A stretch of DNA of 32,000 nt, from positions 90,001 to 122,000 of the forward strand of contig JBGQBI010000006.1 in NCBI GenBank assembly GCA_041494705.1, read 5' to 3'. The DNA comes from Candidatus Methanoperedens sp. (GTDB lineage Archaea; Halobacteriota; Methanosarcinia; Methanosarcinales; Methanoperedenaceae). Within the stretch, counting starts at the first letter, position 1, and each line of letters begins with the position of its first letter. Below, piece by piece: positions 17,155 through 25,706 of this stretch. The notes beneath the pieces are model-generated. The model did no database searches and was not told the DNA's origin. It saw nothing but the letters and a program-made list of their open reading frames with translations. A program made the translations under genes and the position numbers.

Positions 17155-17943
17155 ATGCTTACCTTTATCGGACTTGGATTATACGACGAAAAAGACATTA
17201 CGGTAAAAGGATTGGAGGCCGTAAAGAAAGCCGATATTATCTATGCCGAATTTTACACCTCAAACCTCATGGGCACTAATCTTGAAAAAATCGAGAAATT
17301 TTACGGCAGGAAAGTGACCGTGTTAACAAGAGAGGATGTTGAGCAAAATCCCGTCTGGCTAAGAGAGGCAATAGAAAAAAATGTTGTATTCTTAACAGGC
17401 GGGGATGCCATGGTCGCAACTACACATATTGACCTTCGTCTCAGGGCAAAGGATTTGGGTATAGCTACAGCGATTATCCATGCCCCGTCGATATCATCCT
17501 CTGTATGTGGATTGACCGGGTTACAGAATTACAGGTTTGGCAAATCAACAACAGTTCCATTCCCGTATTCCCGCGGCGATAAAATTATCATATCCGAGGC
17601 TCCGTACGATACAATTAAGATGAACAAGAAAAATGACCTCCATTCCCTTGTTTTTCTCGATATCAATATGGAGAAGGGGTTTATGGATATAAGAAAAGCT
17701 GCTTCGCTCCTTCTGGAAATGGAAGGGCAGCGGGGCGAGGGAGTGCTTGTAAATACGCTTGCGGTTGGCGTTTCAAGAGCCGGGTCAGACTCGCCGACAG
17801 TTCATGCCGATTATCTTGAAAAAATAAAAGATTATGATTTTGGGGCGCCGCTGCACATTTTGATAATACCCGCAAGCCTGCATTTTATTGAAGCTGAAGC
17901 TCTTGTCAAATTTTGCGGAGCCCCGCAGGAAATAATAAAATAA
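17155..17943 (+). CDS. dphB: Diphthine synthase
   Basis: 'MLTFIGLGLYDEKDITVKGLE', 'IYAEFYTS', 'LTGGDAMVATTH' and 'GLTGLQNYRFG'. Confidence 0.95.
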   Translation: MLTFIGLGLYDEKDITVKGLEAVKKADIIYAEFYTSNLMGTNLEKIEKFYGRKVTVLTREDVEQNPVWLREAIEKNVVFLTGGDAMVATTHIDLRLRAKDLGIATAIIHAPSISSSVCGLTGLQNYRFGKSTTVPFPYSRGDKIIISEAPYDTIKMNKKNDLHSLVFLDINMEKGFMDIRKAASLLLEMEGQRGEGVLVNTLAVGVSRAGSDSPTVHADYLEKIKDYDFGAPLHILIIPASLHFIEAEALVKFCGAPQEIIK

Positions 17944-17967
17944 GGAATGGGATAAAGAAAATTTAAA

Positions 17968-18105
17968 TTATTTCAATTTTCTTTTCTCTTTTGCAAGTTT
18001 CTTTTTGGCTTCACCGCTGCCGGATCCCGCCATTTTTTCAAGTTCTGCAATCTTTTCCTTGCGCTCATGCTCTCTCTTTTCCATCATTTTTTTAGACATT
18101 GCCAT
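17968..18105 (-). CDS. Candidate 45-aa lysine/glutamate-rich small protein (not in ORF track)
   Basis: Translation: 'MAMSKKMMEKREHERKEKIAELEKMAGSGSGEAKKKLAKEKRKLK*'. The TATA-like 'ttattttatatact' (minus strand, plus coordinates 18129-18142) is centred about 30 nt upstream of the ATG. Confidence 0.35.
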   Translation of the reverse strand: MAMSKKMMEKREHERKEKIAELEKMAGSGSGEAKKKLAKEKRKLK

Positions 18106-18240
18106 GAACTACATTTTTGGTCGTGAAAGTATATAAAATAATCCATTCAAAACGAGAGGCTGTGCAAAACATCAGATGATACTGTGGTCCCAGATTTTAT
18201 CAAAGTTCCCGGTATTAATTTTTATGCCTCTTATTGACCC

Positions 18241-19560
18241 TTATTTTTTTCCCGCCATCGCGCCCGATATATCAATAGCCCTGCCTGCAACCTCAATAGC
18301 ATCTTTTCCCAGAAGCCTTATCATCGCCTCTTTCCCGACATCCCCTTTGTCATAAATGACATCCGGAACCCTGCCCTCCTTCTTTATAGCTTCAGCCACT
18401 CCCCATTCCATGGTTGAAACCCCTTCCGGTTCGTCTTCCCGCGAGAACGATGCCATGCGCAATCCAAGCTCTTTACATGCTGCAAGCGCTTCTTCAGAAT
18501 AGCGGATATTCATCGCTCCTCTCATTGAGATGTCAAACCGCATCGCTGTCAAAACTATCCTTGCTATGTGGCTGCTTGCGCCGAATGCGACGCATCCTAC
18601 CGCATGAGGCGAGCCTTTTAACCTCACAATCCTTCCGGAAACGGCAGCAACATCCGAAACCACAGAAGCGTTTGGTATCCCCATTGCGATATTGCATCCG
18701 ACTTCCGGGATAAGTCCGGCTATCATTTTATCTTCAATCTGTCCGACAGCCTCCTCCACATTCTTCAGTACTTTGTATCTTTCAGATTCCGCCAGCAAAT
18801 GCCCGAGCTGGTTCACAGGCGCAGCGCCCCCGCCAATTTTTTCACCTGCGGTTATTGCATGCTCAACAAATTTCTTGGCGCTTCGGGCAGCTTCAATAAG
18901 AGGTGTTCCTCTGGCAAGCTCTGCCGTGAGCGCTGCTGAGTGCGTGCAGCCGGAACCGTGGGTGCCCCCTTTTAATAATTTTCCTTCGATATGAGTGAAT
19001 CCATCATCTGCATAAAGAACATCGGTTCCCTGGAGATGTCCTCCTGTTACTATTACTGCTTTTGCGCCGAGTTCATGGATTTTCCTGGCAGCTTTTTCAG
19101 CGCCCTTTAAATCCATAATTTTTAAGCCGGATAACCGCTCTGCCTCGAAAATATTCGGCGTTATTACTGAGGCAAGAGGTAAGAGTTCTTCAATTAAAAC
19201 TGCAACTGCCTCATCCTTTAGCAGTTTTCCCCCGGCCTCTGCCGCCATTACAGGATCGATGACCAGTGGAAGTCTTTGCTTTTTTACCAAGCTTGCAACA
19301 GCTCTCACAATATCTGGCGAAGATAGCATCCCTGTTTTAACATAATCTATTTTGATATCACTAACTATAGCATCGAATTGCTCCTTAATGAACTCCACCG
19401 GAATGTCAAAAGAATTCAGGACGCCTCTTGTGTTCTGGGCCGTAATCGAAGTGATTACACAGGTTCCATGAACGCCAAACGCTGCAAATGTCTTTAAATC
19501 CGCTGCTACGCCTGCGCCTCCGCCTGAGTCCACGCCTGCAATTGTCAGTACTGTTTTCAT
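18241..19560 (-). CDS. thiDN: Bifunctional HMP/HMP-P kinase ThiD fused to thiamine-phosphate synthase ThiN (ThiDN)
   Basis: The N-terminus 'VLTIAGVDSGGGAGVAADLKTF' and 'GTHGSGCTHSAA' indicate ThiD. The roughly 170-aa C-terminal domain 'PEVGCNIAM...AFGASSHIARIVL' is of ThiN type. The start is placed at ATG 19560, giving the canonical 'MKTVLTIAG'. The ORF track starts at 19581. Confidence 0.85.
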   Translation of the reverse strand: MKTVLTIAGVDSGGGAGVAADLKTFAAFGVHGTCVITSITAQNTRGVLNSFDIPVEFIKEQFDAIVSDIKIDYVKTGMLSSPDIVRAVASLVKKQRLPLVIDPVMAAEAGGKLLKDEAVAVLIEELLPLASVITPNIFEAERLSGLKIMDLKGAEKAARKIHELGAKAVIVTGGHLQGTDVLYADDGFTHIEGKLLKGGTHGSGCTHSAALTAELARGTPLIEAARSAKKFVEHAITAGEKIGGGAAPVNQLGHLLAESERYKVLKNVEEAVGQIEDKMIAGLIPEVGCNIAMGIPNASVVSDVAAVSGRIVRLKGSPHAVGCVAFGASSHIARIVLTAMRFDISMRGAMNIRYSEEALAACKELGLRMASFSREDEPEGVSTMEWGVAEAIKKEGRVPDVIYDKGDVGKEAMIRLLGKDAIEVAGRAIDISGAMAGKK

Positions 19561-19580
19561 CCTCCAAATAATGGTCAGCA

Positions 19581-19592
19581 TATATTATAATA
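19581..19592. promoter_or_regulatory. Shared AT-rich TATA element between divergent thiDN and the methyltransferase gene
   Basis: 'tatattataata' lies 21 nt from ATG 19560 (minus strand) and 27 nt from ATG 19619 (plus strand). This spacing fits archaeal TATA-to-TSS distance with near-leaderless mRNAs. Confidence 0.4.
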
Positions 19593-19618
19593 GTTCCAGT
19601 TTAAATGAAGTGAGCTCT

Positions 19619-20278
19619 ATGATCGAACACATCAAAGCCTGGAATGGTGAATATAAAAGAAGTATATGGAAAGGACATTATTCACTTGGGCTTCTTGATT
19701 CCTGCTGTAAAACAGGGCGTTTGCTGGATGCGGGCTGCGGGAGCGGAAAGTTCGCCATACCTCTGGGGATGCGCGGGTTTGAGGTGGTTGCTGTGGATGT
19801 ATCGCCCAATGCTTTGAAAATGGCAGGAAAAAGCATCGCAAGCCGGAAACTTGATATCGAACTTCTGGCTGCAAATGTTTACCAGATGCCTTTTTCGGAT
19901 TCTTCTTTTGATGTTATATGGTGTTATGGCGTCTTGCAGCATCTTTTATTGAAAGAAAGAGAGGCTGCGATAAGCGAATTCTGGAGGCTCTTAAGAATGG
20001 GAGGGCGGTTGTTTATCGAGGTGCTTGGCGAAGAGGATATGCGGTTCGGTGGCTGCGAGGTGGAGCACAACACTTTTTCCAGGAAAAATGGCATTGTATA
20101 TCACTATTTTAGTAAGAGTGAATTGGAGGAGCTGTTGGGAAAGTTTTCTTGTAATATTGTTGAATCACATAAAGAAAAGAGGTTTAAGGGGAAAAATTAT
20201 ACGAGGCATATGATTTCGGCGGTGGCTGAAAAACCCTATATTAATAAAACGTCGGCTGATACAATTTATAAAACATGA
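19619..20278 (+). CDS. Class I SAM-dependent methyltransferase
   Basis: Motif I 'LLDAGCGSGKF', 'DVIWCYGVLQHL' and 'LRMGGRLFIE'. The start is placed at ATG 19619. The ORF track starts at 19571, which would overlap thiDN. Confidence 0.8.
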   Translation: MIEHIKAWNGEYKRSIWKGHYSLGLLDSCCKTGRLLDAGCGSGKFAIPLGMRGFEVVAVDVSPNALKMAGKSIASRKLDIELLAANVYQMPFSDSSFDVIWCYGVLQHLLLKEREAAISEFWRLLRMGGRLFIEVLGEEDMRFGGCEVEHNTFSRKNGIVYHYFSKSELEELLGKFSCNIVESHKEKRFKGKNYTRHMISAVAEKPYINKTSADTIYKT

Positions 20279-20301
20279 ACACTAAATAGCACGTGATAAG
20301 T

Positions 20302-20523
20302 ATGCTGGATTTAATAAAAGTCGAAGAGATTGACAATAAAGTGATAATCCCCAAGGAGGATTTTGAAAAATTTATCGCTGATGTGGACAGCCTGATTGAA
20401 ACTATCCAGATTCTTTCTGACAAGGAATTAATATTACAAATCAAAGAAAGTGAAAGAAATATTAAAGAAGGCAAAGTGAAGGAAATAAAATCGAAAAAAG
20501 ATATTGATGCGCTCTTTATTTGA
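20302..20523 (+). CDS. Small Phd/YefM- or RelB-like antitoxin-type protein (tentative)
   Basis: 73 aa. The segment 'VIIPKEDFEKFIADVDSLIETIQILSDKELILQIKESERNIKEGKVKEI' resembles the C-terminal two thirds of Phd/YefM-type antitoxins. The ORF track starts at GTG 20293. Confidence 0.45.
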   Translation: MLDLIKVEEIDNKVIIPKEDFEKFIADVDSLIETIQILSDKELILQIKESERNIKEGKVKEIKSKKDIDALFI

Positions 20524-20588
20524 GGGTTCTACGGTTTAAAGTAATTTATATAACTAAGGCAAGCTTTATTGATAAAAGGTGATTAAGA

Positions 20589-21371
20589 TTGTTAATTGAA
20601 TTACTGGTACTAATTTTTCTAAGTATTGCAATCGCCATAATTTTTAATTGTTTTTATTCTGATGTTATGCTAGAAGGTTTCTCAAGAAAGTTATATAAGT
20701 GCAAAAATATTTTAAATTTTAAAGACCCTAAATTGATTACTAATTTGGATATTCCTATAAATATTGCACAAGTAAACATACAAAATCTCCATTCATTTTT
20801 GGTTATGTTAATTGCTGTTGTAGCGCTAATCCTTTCAGTTTATAATCTTTATCAAAAGCTTGATTTGCCTGTAAATGTTTGGATGGTACTTTCTTTGCTT
20901 TTTCCAATCTCTGCTCTAATAGGTACTATAATTATGATTAATTATAATTGGTATAAAATATATACTAAATTAATGAATATAAAAGCTGCTGAAATAACTG
21001 AACATTTCAACTTTGAAAAAAAATCATTTAATAGCTTACAACAGCGTCAAAATGATATTAATAGTGATATTGATAATAAAAAAATCGATTCTTCGGAAAA
21101 AGAAGCTACAAAACAATTGACCGCTTTCGTGAAAAACTCCATGACTGCTTTCATGGAATACGCCAAAAAAAATAATTTTATTAAATATTCTATTATTAGA
21201 TTCCCACAGCCAATGTTATTGATATGGGCTTTTTATTTATCTACCGTAGCAACAAAAAAAATAAATTTTGATTTGATTTATTCCTTCTGGTTGTTTGTTT
21301 TAGCATTTTTATTAACTTTGTTACTTGCGATTTATGATTGTATTTTTTATAAGGTTTTAGAAAAGCCGTAA
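20589..21371 (+). CDS. AT-rich hypothetical membrane protein (about 5 TM helices plus an N/K/D-rich soluble loop)
   Basis: The start is TTG, with SD 'aggtga' 6 nt upstream. Hydrophobic segments are 'LIELLVLIFLSIAIAIIF', 'FLVMLIAVVALILSVY', 'VWMVLSLLFPISALIGTIIMI', 'MLLIWAFYLSTV' and 'FWLFVLAFLLTLLLAIY'. No family recognised. Confidence 0.6.
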   Translation: MLIELLVLIFLSIAIAIIFNCFYSDVMLEGFSRKLYKCKNILNFKDPKLITNLDIPINIAQVNIQNLHSFLVMLIAVVALILSVYNLYQKLDLPVNVWMVLSLLFPISALIGTIIMINYNWYKIYTKLMNIKAAEITEHFNFEKKSFNSLQQRQNDINSDIDNKKIDSSEKEATKQLTAFVKNSMTAFMEYAKKNNFIKYSIIRFPQPMLLIWAFYLSTVATKKINFDLIYSFWLFVLAFLLTLLLAIYDCIFYKVLEKP

Positions 21372-21581
21372 TAGTAGATAAGCAAGGTTCTAATCGAGAA
21401 ATCACGGATAATGCAAAGATGTAGAACCACCCTGAATAAAAATTGGATGAACCTAAAAAAAATGGTATAAACGTAACTACAATTTCCCATAACCCCGTGT
21501 TAAGGTAATATATTGCACACATTACGATAACTACAAACCCAAATTAAAACTGTCTCGCTTTTCAGAACCCTTAATATCCGC

Positions 21582-22550
21582 TCAGGTAACCTTAATTTTC
21601 TGCCGTCTCTCTTGCAACAAATCTATAAAGTCATCCTTATCATCAAACTTTTTTAGCTCTTTATCATCTATAAGCACAGTTTTTTCAATATTTTTCGTTT
21701 TACTGACCCCGTGAACAATCAACAGCGACTGTGTTCCTGCGACTTCCGAGATGCTGCTCATAAGATGCGCCTTCTTGACAATGGTCCTTGTGTATTCACC
21801 GACACCTGTTAAAATAGTTGAATTCTCATCCCTTCGGTTTGAAGTCTGCGAAACCGCATCAAACGGAGCCTGCGAAATAGGCATTACATCAAACCCCATA
21901 TTTTCAAGGATTGAAAAAACATTCGAATACTGTTTTACAGCCGTTTCCTGTTTCTGGCTATCATTGGAATGAAGTTTCTCGAATATATCAACCGAAACAG
22001 TAAAACCCTTGTCCAGTACTTCTTCAAGCTTAATTGCAACATCAACACTTGCAGCCATTTCGCCATCCTCATACTTGCTTATGGTTCTTCTTGAAACCCC
22101 GAGCAGCGATGCAAGCGCCCCGAGGGATATATTCTTTTTTATGCGTTCCTGTTTCAGGATGAAACCGTCAAGATTAACGTAAAGACCGCCGTGCTCTGCA
22201 TAAATCAATGGAGGCATTTCTTCTACGAAATAATCCTGCATTGTGCTGATATTGATTGCCGGAATCCCATACCTGAAATAAACAACGCCGCCTTCAAGAG
22301 AATGGTCGCGGGTTTTTTCGCCGATTACGATCGGGTAACCATGCAGGTGTCTGGAAAGGAACTGCATTTCCTTGGTGGTTTCCTCATTCAAGCCGTCGAT
22401 ATTAGAGATTATTTTAATCAGAAGTAATAAGTTATTCCGCCTGGCTGCGATATCAAAACTTCTCGGGCGGGTGTCGCATCGTTCGGAAATGATGAAGCCG
22501 GCCTTGCCAAGAATTGAAACGGCCTCGTTTATCAGCAACTCCTTATTCAT
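21582..22550 (-). CDS. Archaeal HTH (XRE-type) putative transcriptional regulator, about 320-aa family
   Basis: The N-terminal domain is 'LINEAVSILGKAGFIISERCDTRPRSFDIAARR' and the central HTH is 'ISLGALASLLGVSRRTISKYEDGE'. The start is placed at ATG 22550, about 26 nt from the TATA 'ctatataaata'. The ORF-track extension to 22700 would overlap tiaS. Confidence 0.8.
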   Translation of the reverse strand: MNKELLINEAVSILGKAGFIISERCDTRPRSFDIAARRNNLLLLIKIISNIDGLNEETTKEMQFLSRHLHGYPIVIGEKTRDHSLEGGVVYFRYGIPAINISTMQDYFVEEMPPLIYAEHGGLYVNLDGFILKQERIKKNISLGALASLLGVSRRTISKYEDGEMAASVDVAIKLEEVLDKGFTVSVDIFEKLHSNDSQKQETAVKQYSNVFSILENMGFDVMPISQAPFDAVSQTSNRRDENSTILTGVGEYTRTIVKKAHLMSSISEVAGTQSLLIVHGVSKTKNIEKTVLIDDKELKKFDDKDDFIDLLQERRQKIKVT

Positions 22551-22572
22551 CAAATTTTGAATGATTCTACGT

Positions 22573-22583
22573 CTATATAAATA
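22573..22583. promoter_or_regulatory. TATA element in the divergent regulator/tiaS intergenic region
   Basis: 'ctatataaata' is centred about 27 nt from ATG 22550 (minus strand). A second element, 'atttattatg' (22598-22607), is centred about 27 nt from the tiaS ATG at 22630. Confidence 0.4.
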
Positions 22584-22629
22584 CCTATGGTGCCAAGATT
22601 TATTATGCAGCGGGTATGTGTAGCATTTT

Positions 22630-23871
22630 ATGATTATCGGAATCGATGATACGGATTCAAAAGAAAGCATGTGCACAACATACCTGGCAGCCGTGCTCAT
22701 CGAAAAATTAAAGGAATACGGCAGGATAAATGATTATCCGCTGCTCATCCGGCTCAATCCGAACATCATTTACAAAACACGCGGCAATGCGGCTCTTGCG
22801 ATTTCTCTGGATATTGAAAGCGAAGATGCGAAAGAAATCAAAGAGCTTGTAACTGAAACCGTTCGGAACATGGCGGTTTTCTCTGAAGAAAACACCAATC
22901 CAGGGGTCGTTTTTATTGAAGAAGTAACTGAAAAGATGCGGGCAGAGCTTGCTATATTCTCCATGCGCGCAGTCCGGGATGTCCTGGAAATCGAGGAAGC
23001 TGTGGAAATCCTCAAACGGCACAATATAAGCCATAAGGGATTCAAGAATAAGAGAGGCTTAATCGGAGCGCTCGCCGCTTCAGGGTTTGCATTGTGCGGC
23101 CTTCCTGATTTCACTTATGAATTAATCGCATACAGGGAAAAAGAAAGATGGGGCACGCTGCGGGATATAAACGAAGAATCCGTATTTGCTGCCGATGCAG
23201 CCACACGCCCCGATACATGGGACACGGTAGATCATGAAAATAAACGAGTGGTGTTTGCTCCACATTCACCCGACCCAATCCTTTTCGGGATACGGGGCAA
23301 CAGTGAAAATGCGGTAAGACGTGCTTTCTCGATGATAAAAAGCGAGCCTGTTGAAAGGTATGTGGTCTATAAGACAAACCAGAATACGGATATGCATCTG
23401 ATGCCGGCAGAAATCAATGAGGTTCTGGATAATCGTTCTTACATATTAAATGGAAAAGTCAAAAGCGCCCCGAAAATTATAGTCGGAGGTCATGTTATTT
23501 TCGAACTGAAAGATAATGACGCAGTCATTGAATGCGCCGCTTTTGAACCCACAAAGGGCTTCAGGCGCATTATCAGGGAGCTTCGGCCGCAGGATGAAGT
23601 AACGGTTTTCGGGAGTGTTAAAGATAAGACCCTGAACATCGAAAAAATCAACATAAATTCTCTCAATATTCACGAATTACGCAATCCCCTATGCTGCGGC
23701 AAACGCATGAAATCCAAAGGTATAGGGCAGGGTTACAGGTGCGAGAAATGCGGTTCTGTCAAAAAAGAGCAGGTGCTTGAGACATTAGAGAGAAATATTT
23801 CGCAGGGATTCTATGAAGTGCCACCATCCGCCCGCCGCCATCTTTCAAAACCACTCATCATATATCAATAG
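22630..23871 (+). CDS. tiaS: tRNA(Ile2) 2-agmatinylcytidine synthetase TiaS
   Basis: The N-terminus 'MIIGIDDTDSKESMCTTYL' is the TiaS hallmark. An OB-like region follows, and the C-terminus has the zinc ribbon 'CCGKRMKS...YRCEKCG'. Confidence 0.9.
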   Translation: MIIGIDDTDSKESMCTTYLAAVLIEKLKEYGRINDYPLLIRLNPNIIYKTRGNAALAISLDIESEDAKEIKELVTETVRNMAVFSEENTNPGVVFIEEVTEKMRAELAIFSMRAVRDVLEIEEAVEILKRHNISHKGFKNKRGLIGALAASGFALCGLPDFTYELIAYREKERWGTLRDINEESVFAADAATRPDTWDTVDHENKRVVFAPHSPDPILFGIRGNSENAVRRAFSMIKSEPVERYVVYKTNQNTDMHLMPAEINEVLDNRSYILNGKVKSAPKIIVGGHVIFELKDNDAVIECAAFEPTKGFRRIIRELRPQDEVTVFGSVKDKTLNIEKININSLNIHELRNPLCCGKRMKSKGIGQGYRCEKCGSVKKEQVLETLERNISQGFYEVPPSARRHLSKPLIIYQ

Positions 23872-24631
23872 ACTGCGGCGGCATTCTTTTGTGTTCGTTG
23901 GATGAGATTCGCGCTGCCAGCCGGTCAACCATTTCGGGAGGGAATTTTTCCTTTACCAGTGACACGTCCTTATTTTCGTCAACCAGCATGGCGAGTATCC
24001 GGTCTGCCATCTCATAGGATACGCCGAGTTCGCTCTCGTCGGTCTGCCCGGGCCATAAACCCGCCGTGGGTGTTTTGTTGATGATTCCCGCTGCTATGCC
24101 CATGTACCTGGCAAGTTCCCGAACGTGTGTTTTATAGAGACCTCCGATAGGTTCTATGTCCACGCCGCCGTCGCCGTATTTTGTGAAATAGCCCAGCAAC
24201 AGCTCTGTTTTATTCCCCGTCCCTATAACCATTCGATTCATGAGATTTGCATGATAATACAGTATGCACATTCTAGTTCTTGCTTTCAGGTTCCCGTTTG
24301 CAGTTTTTGCGGCGCTGTCAAAATCGGGGATGGCGGATGAAAAGGCCTGCAAAACCGGAGATATCTCAATGACCTTATGCTCAATCCCCAAAACCCGCGC
24401 GACTTCCACTGCGTCATCCACATCATGTTTTGAAGTAACGCCCCTCTCAGGCAGCATAATCCCCAGTACGTTATCAGCATCAAGGGCATGAACCGTGAGA
24501 TAAGCTGTCAGGGTTGAGTCGATTCCTCCGCTTAAACCGATTACCGCCCCCTGCGCTCCCGATTCCCTGACCTTTGATTTTATGAAGGCGGCGATTTTAT
24601 CTTTTATGGCTGGATAACTTATCTGGTTCAT
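23858..24631 (-). CDS. nadE: NH3-dependent NAD+ synthetase
   Basis: PP-loop 'GLSGGIDST', 'GTGNKTELLLGYFTKYGDGG' and 'PTAGLWPGQTDE'. Confidence 0.95.
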   Translation of the reverse strand: MNQISYPAIKDKIAAFIKSKVRESGAQGAVIGLSGGIDSTLTAYLTVHALDADNVLGIMLPERGVTSKHDVDDAVEVARVLGIEHKVIEISPVLQAFSSAIPDFDSAAKTANGNLKARTRMCILYYHANLMNRMVIGTGNKTELLLGYFTKYGDGGVDIEPIGGLYKTHVRELARYMGIAAGIINKTPTAGLWPGQTDESELGVSYEMADRILAMLVDENKDVSLVKEKFPPEMVDRLAARISSNEHKRMPPQSIDI

Positions 24632-24762
24632 ACATTTTTAATGAAATTCCCACTTATTAAAATATTACTTTCACCCCGCTCTGGGAAGCTTTATATGTTC
24701 CCGGGATAAGGTAGAATCTGCCTCTCAAATAAAAAATTCAAACAAGAGGCTTGAGGAAAGAT

Positions 24763-25704
24763 ATGAAACAAATAGCAAAACAAATCGAAGCCCGATTCAT
24801 GGAACTGGGCGTTAAAGTTGAGACAAGTGAAATAGAATCAAGTTTGGACCAGTTGATAAATAAATTCAAGGTCCCTCCTGAAGAAGCACGCCGAAACGTG
24901 ATAAACTCTTTCTTAAAGAAACATAATGTTCCCAAGAGTGAATTTTTTGCTCCGCGTGAAACACCGCTGGTAAAGGTATCAGATATCAAAGAGGATGGAA
25001 AATGGGTAACGGTGCGTGGTAAAGTCGTCCAGTTGTGGGAAGTTAACCAGGAATCCATCTCGCAGGTTGGATTGTTTGGAGACGAGTCCGGCACAATTAA
25101 ATTCACAAAATGGGTAAAAGCGGCGCTGCCGACTGTGGAGGAAGGCAAGAACTACATATTTAAAAATGTAGCAACTTCCGAGTGGCAGGGGCAGTTCAGT
25201 ATCAAACTCAATAAGACAAGCGAGATAATCCCGGTTGCTGAGGAAATCGAAGTAGGCTCAACGCCCACTGAATTCAGCGGCGCGATAGTGGATATCCAGA
25301 GCGGCTCTGGTCTTATCAAACGATGCCCGGAATGCAACAGGGCGCTTGTGAAAGGCGCATGCGGCGAACATGGGAAGGTTGAAGGGATTTATGACCTGCG
25401 CGTCAAAGCGGTCATGGATGATGGCGAGAAAGTGCAGGACATCCTGCTTAACCGGGAAGTTACAGAGGCTCTTACAGGCATCACCCTTGAGAAAGCAAAG
25501 GAGATGGCGACAGAGGCATTGGACCAGGCTGTGGTTCTCGACATGATAAAGAGCAAGCTTGTGGGTAGGTATTTTGTGGTAAGCGGCGCCAAGCTTGACA
25601 GGTTTATACTCGTAGATTCAATAAAACCGGATGCCAAGCCGATAGAAGAAGAAATTAAGAGAATACTTGCAGCATCTGCCGCGCCGATCGCACAGGAGGC
25701 GTAA
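24763..25704 (+). CDS. rpa: Replication protein A (ssDNA-binding, OB fold plus zinc finger)
   Basis: OB-fold region 'WVTVRGKVVQLWE'. The zinc motif 'CPECNRALVKGACGEH' fits Cx2Cx8Cx2H. The start is placed at ATG 24763 after SD 'gagga'. The ORF track starts at TTG 24751. Confidence 0.8.
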   Translation: MKQIAKQIEARFMELGVKVETSEIESSLDQLINKFKVPPEEARRNVINSFLKKHNVPKSEFFAPRETPLVKVSDIKEDGKWVTVRGKVVQLWEVNQESISQVGLFGDESGTIKFTKWVKAALPTVEEGKNYIFKNVATSEWQGQFSIKLNKTSEIIPVAEEIEVGSTPTEFSGAIVDIQSGSGLIKRCPECNRALVKGACGEHGKVEGIYDLRVKAVMDDGEKVQDILLNREVTEALTGITLEKAKEMATEALDQAVVLDMIKSKLVGRYFVVSGAKLDRFILVDSIKPDAKPIEEEIKRILAASAAPIAQEA

Positions 25705-25706
25705 TC

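Noticed and set aside
18241-19620. TPP riboswitch upstream of thiDN
   Set aside because: Only about 20-60 nt separate thiDN from the divergent methyltransferase gene, which leaves no room for a thi-box aptamer.
21241-21522. 93-aa minus-strand ORF convergent with, and overlapping, the AT-rich membrane gene
   Set aside because: It is not called as a feature. It overlaps the plus-strand gene by 130 bp, and I see no clear start signals. It is unusual for an antisense frame in such AT-rich DNA to stay open, so it is noted in the island finding.
22551-22700. 50-codon N-terminal extension of the HTH regulator ORF (track start 22700)
   Set aside because: The extension would overlap the tiaS start and the shared promoter. 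The conserved family N-terminus begins at 'MNKELLINEAV' (ATG 22550), which has correct TATA spacing.
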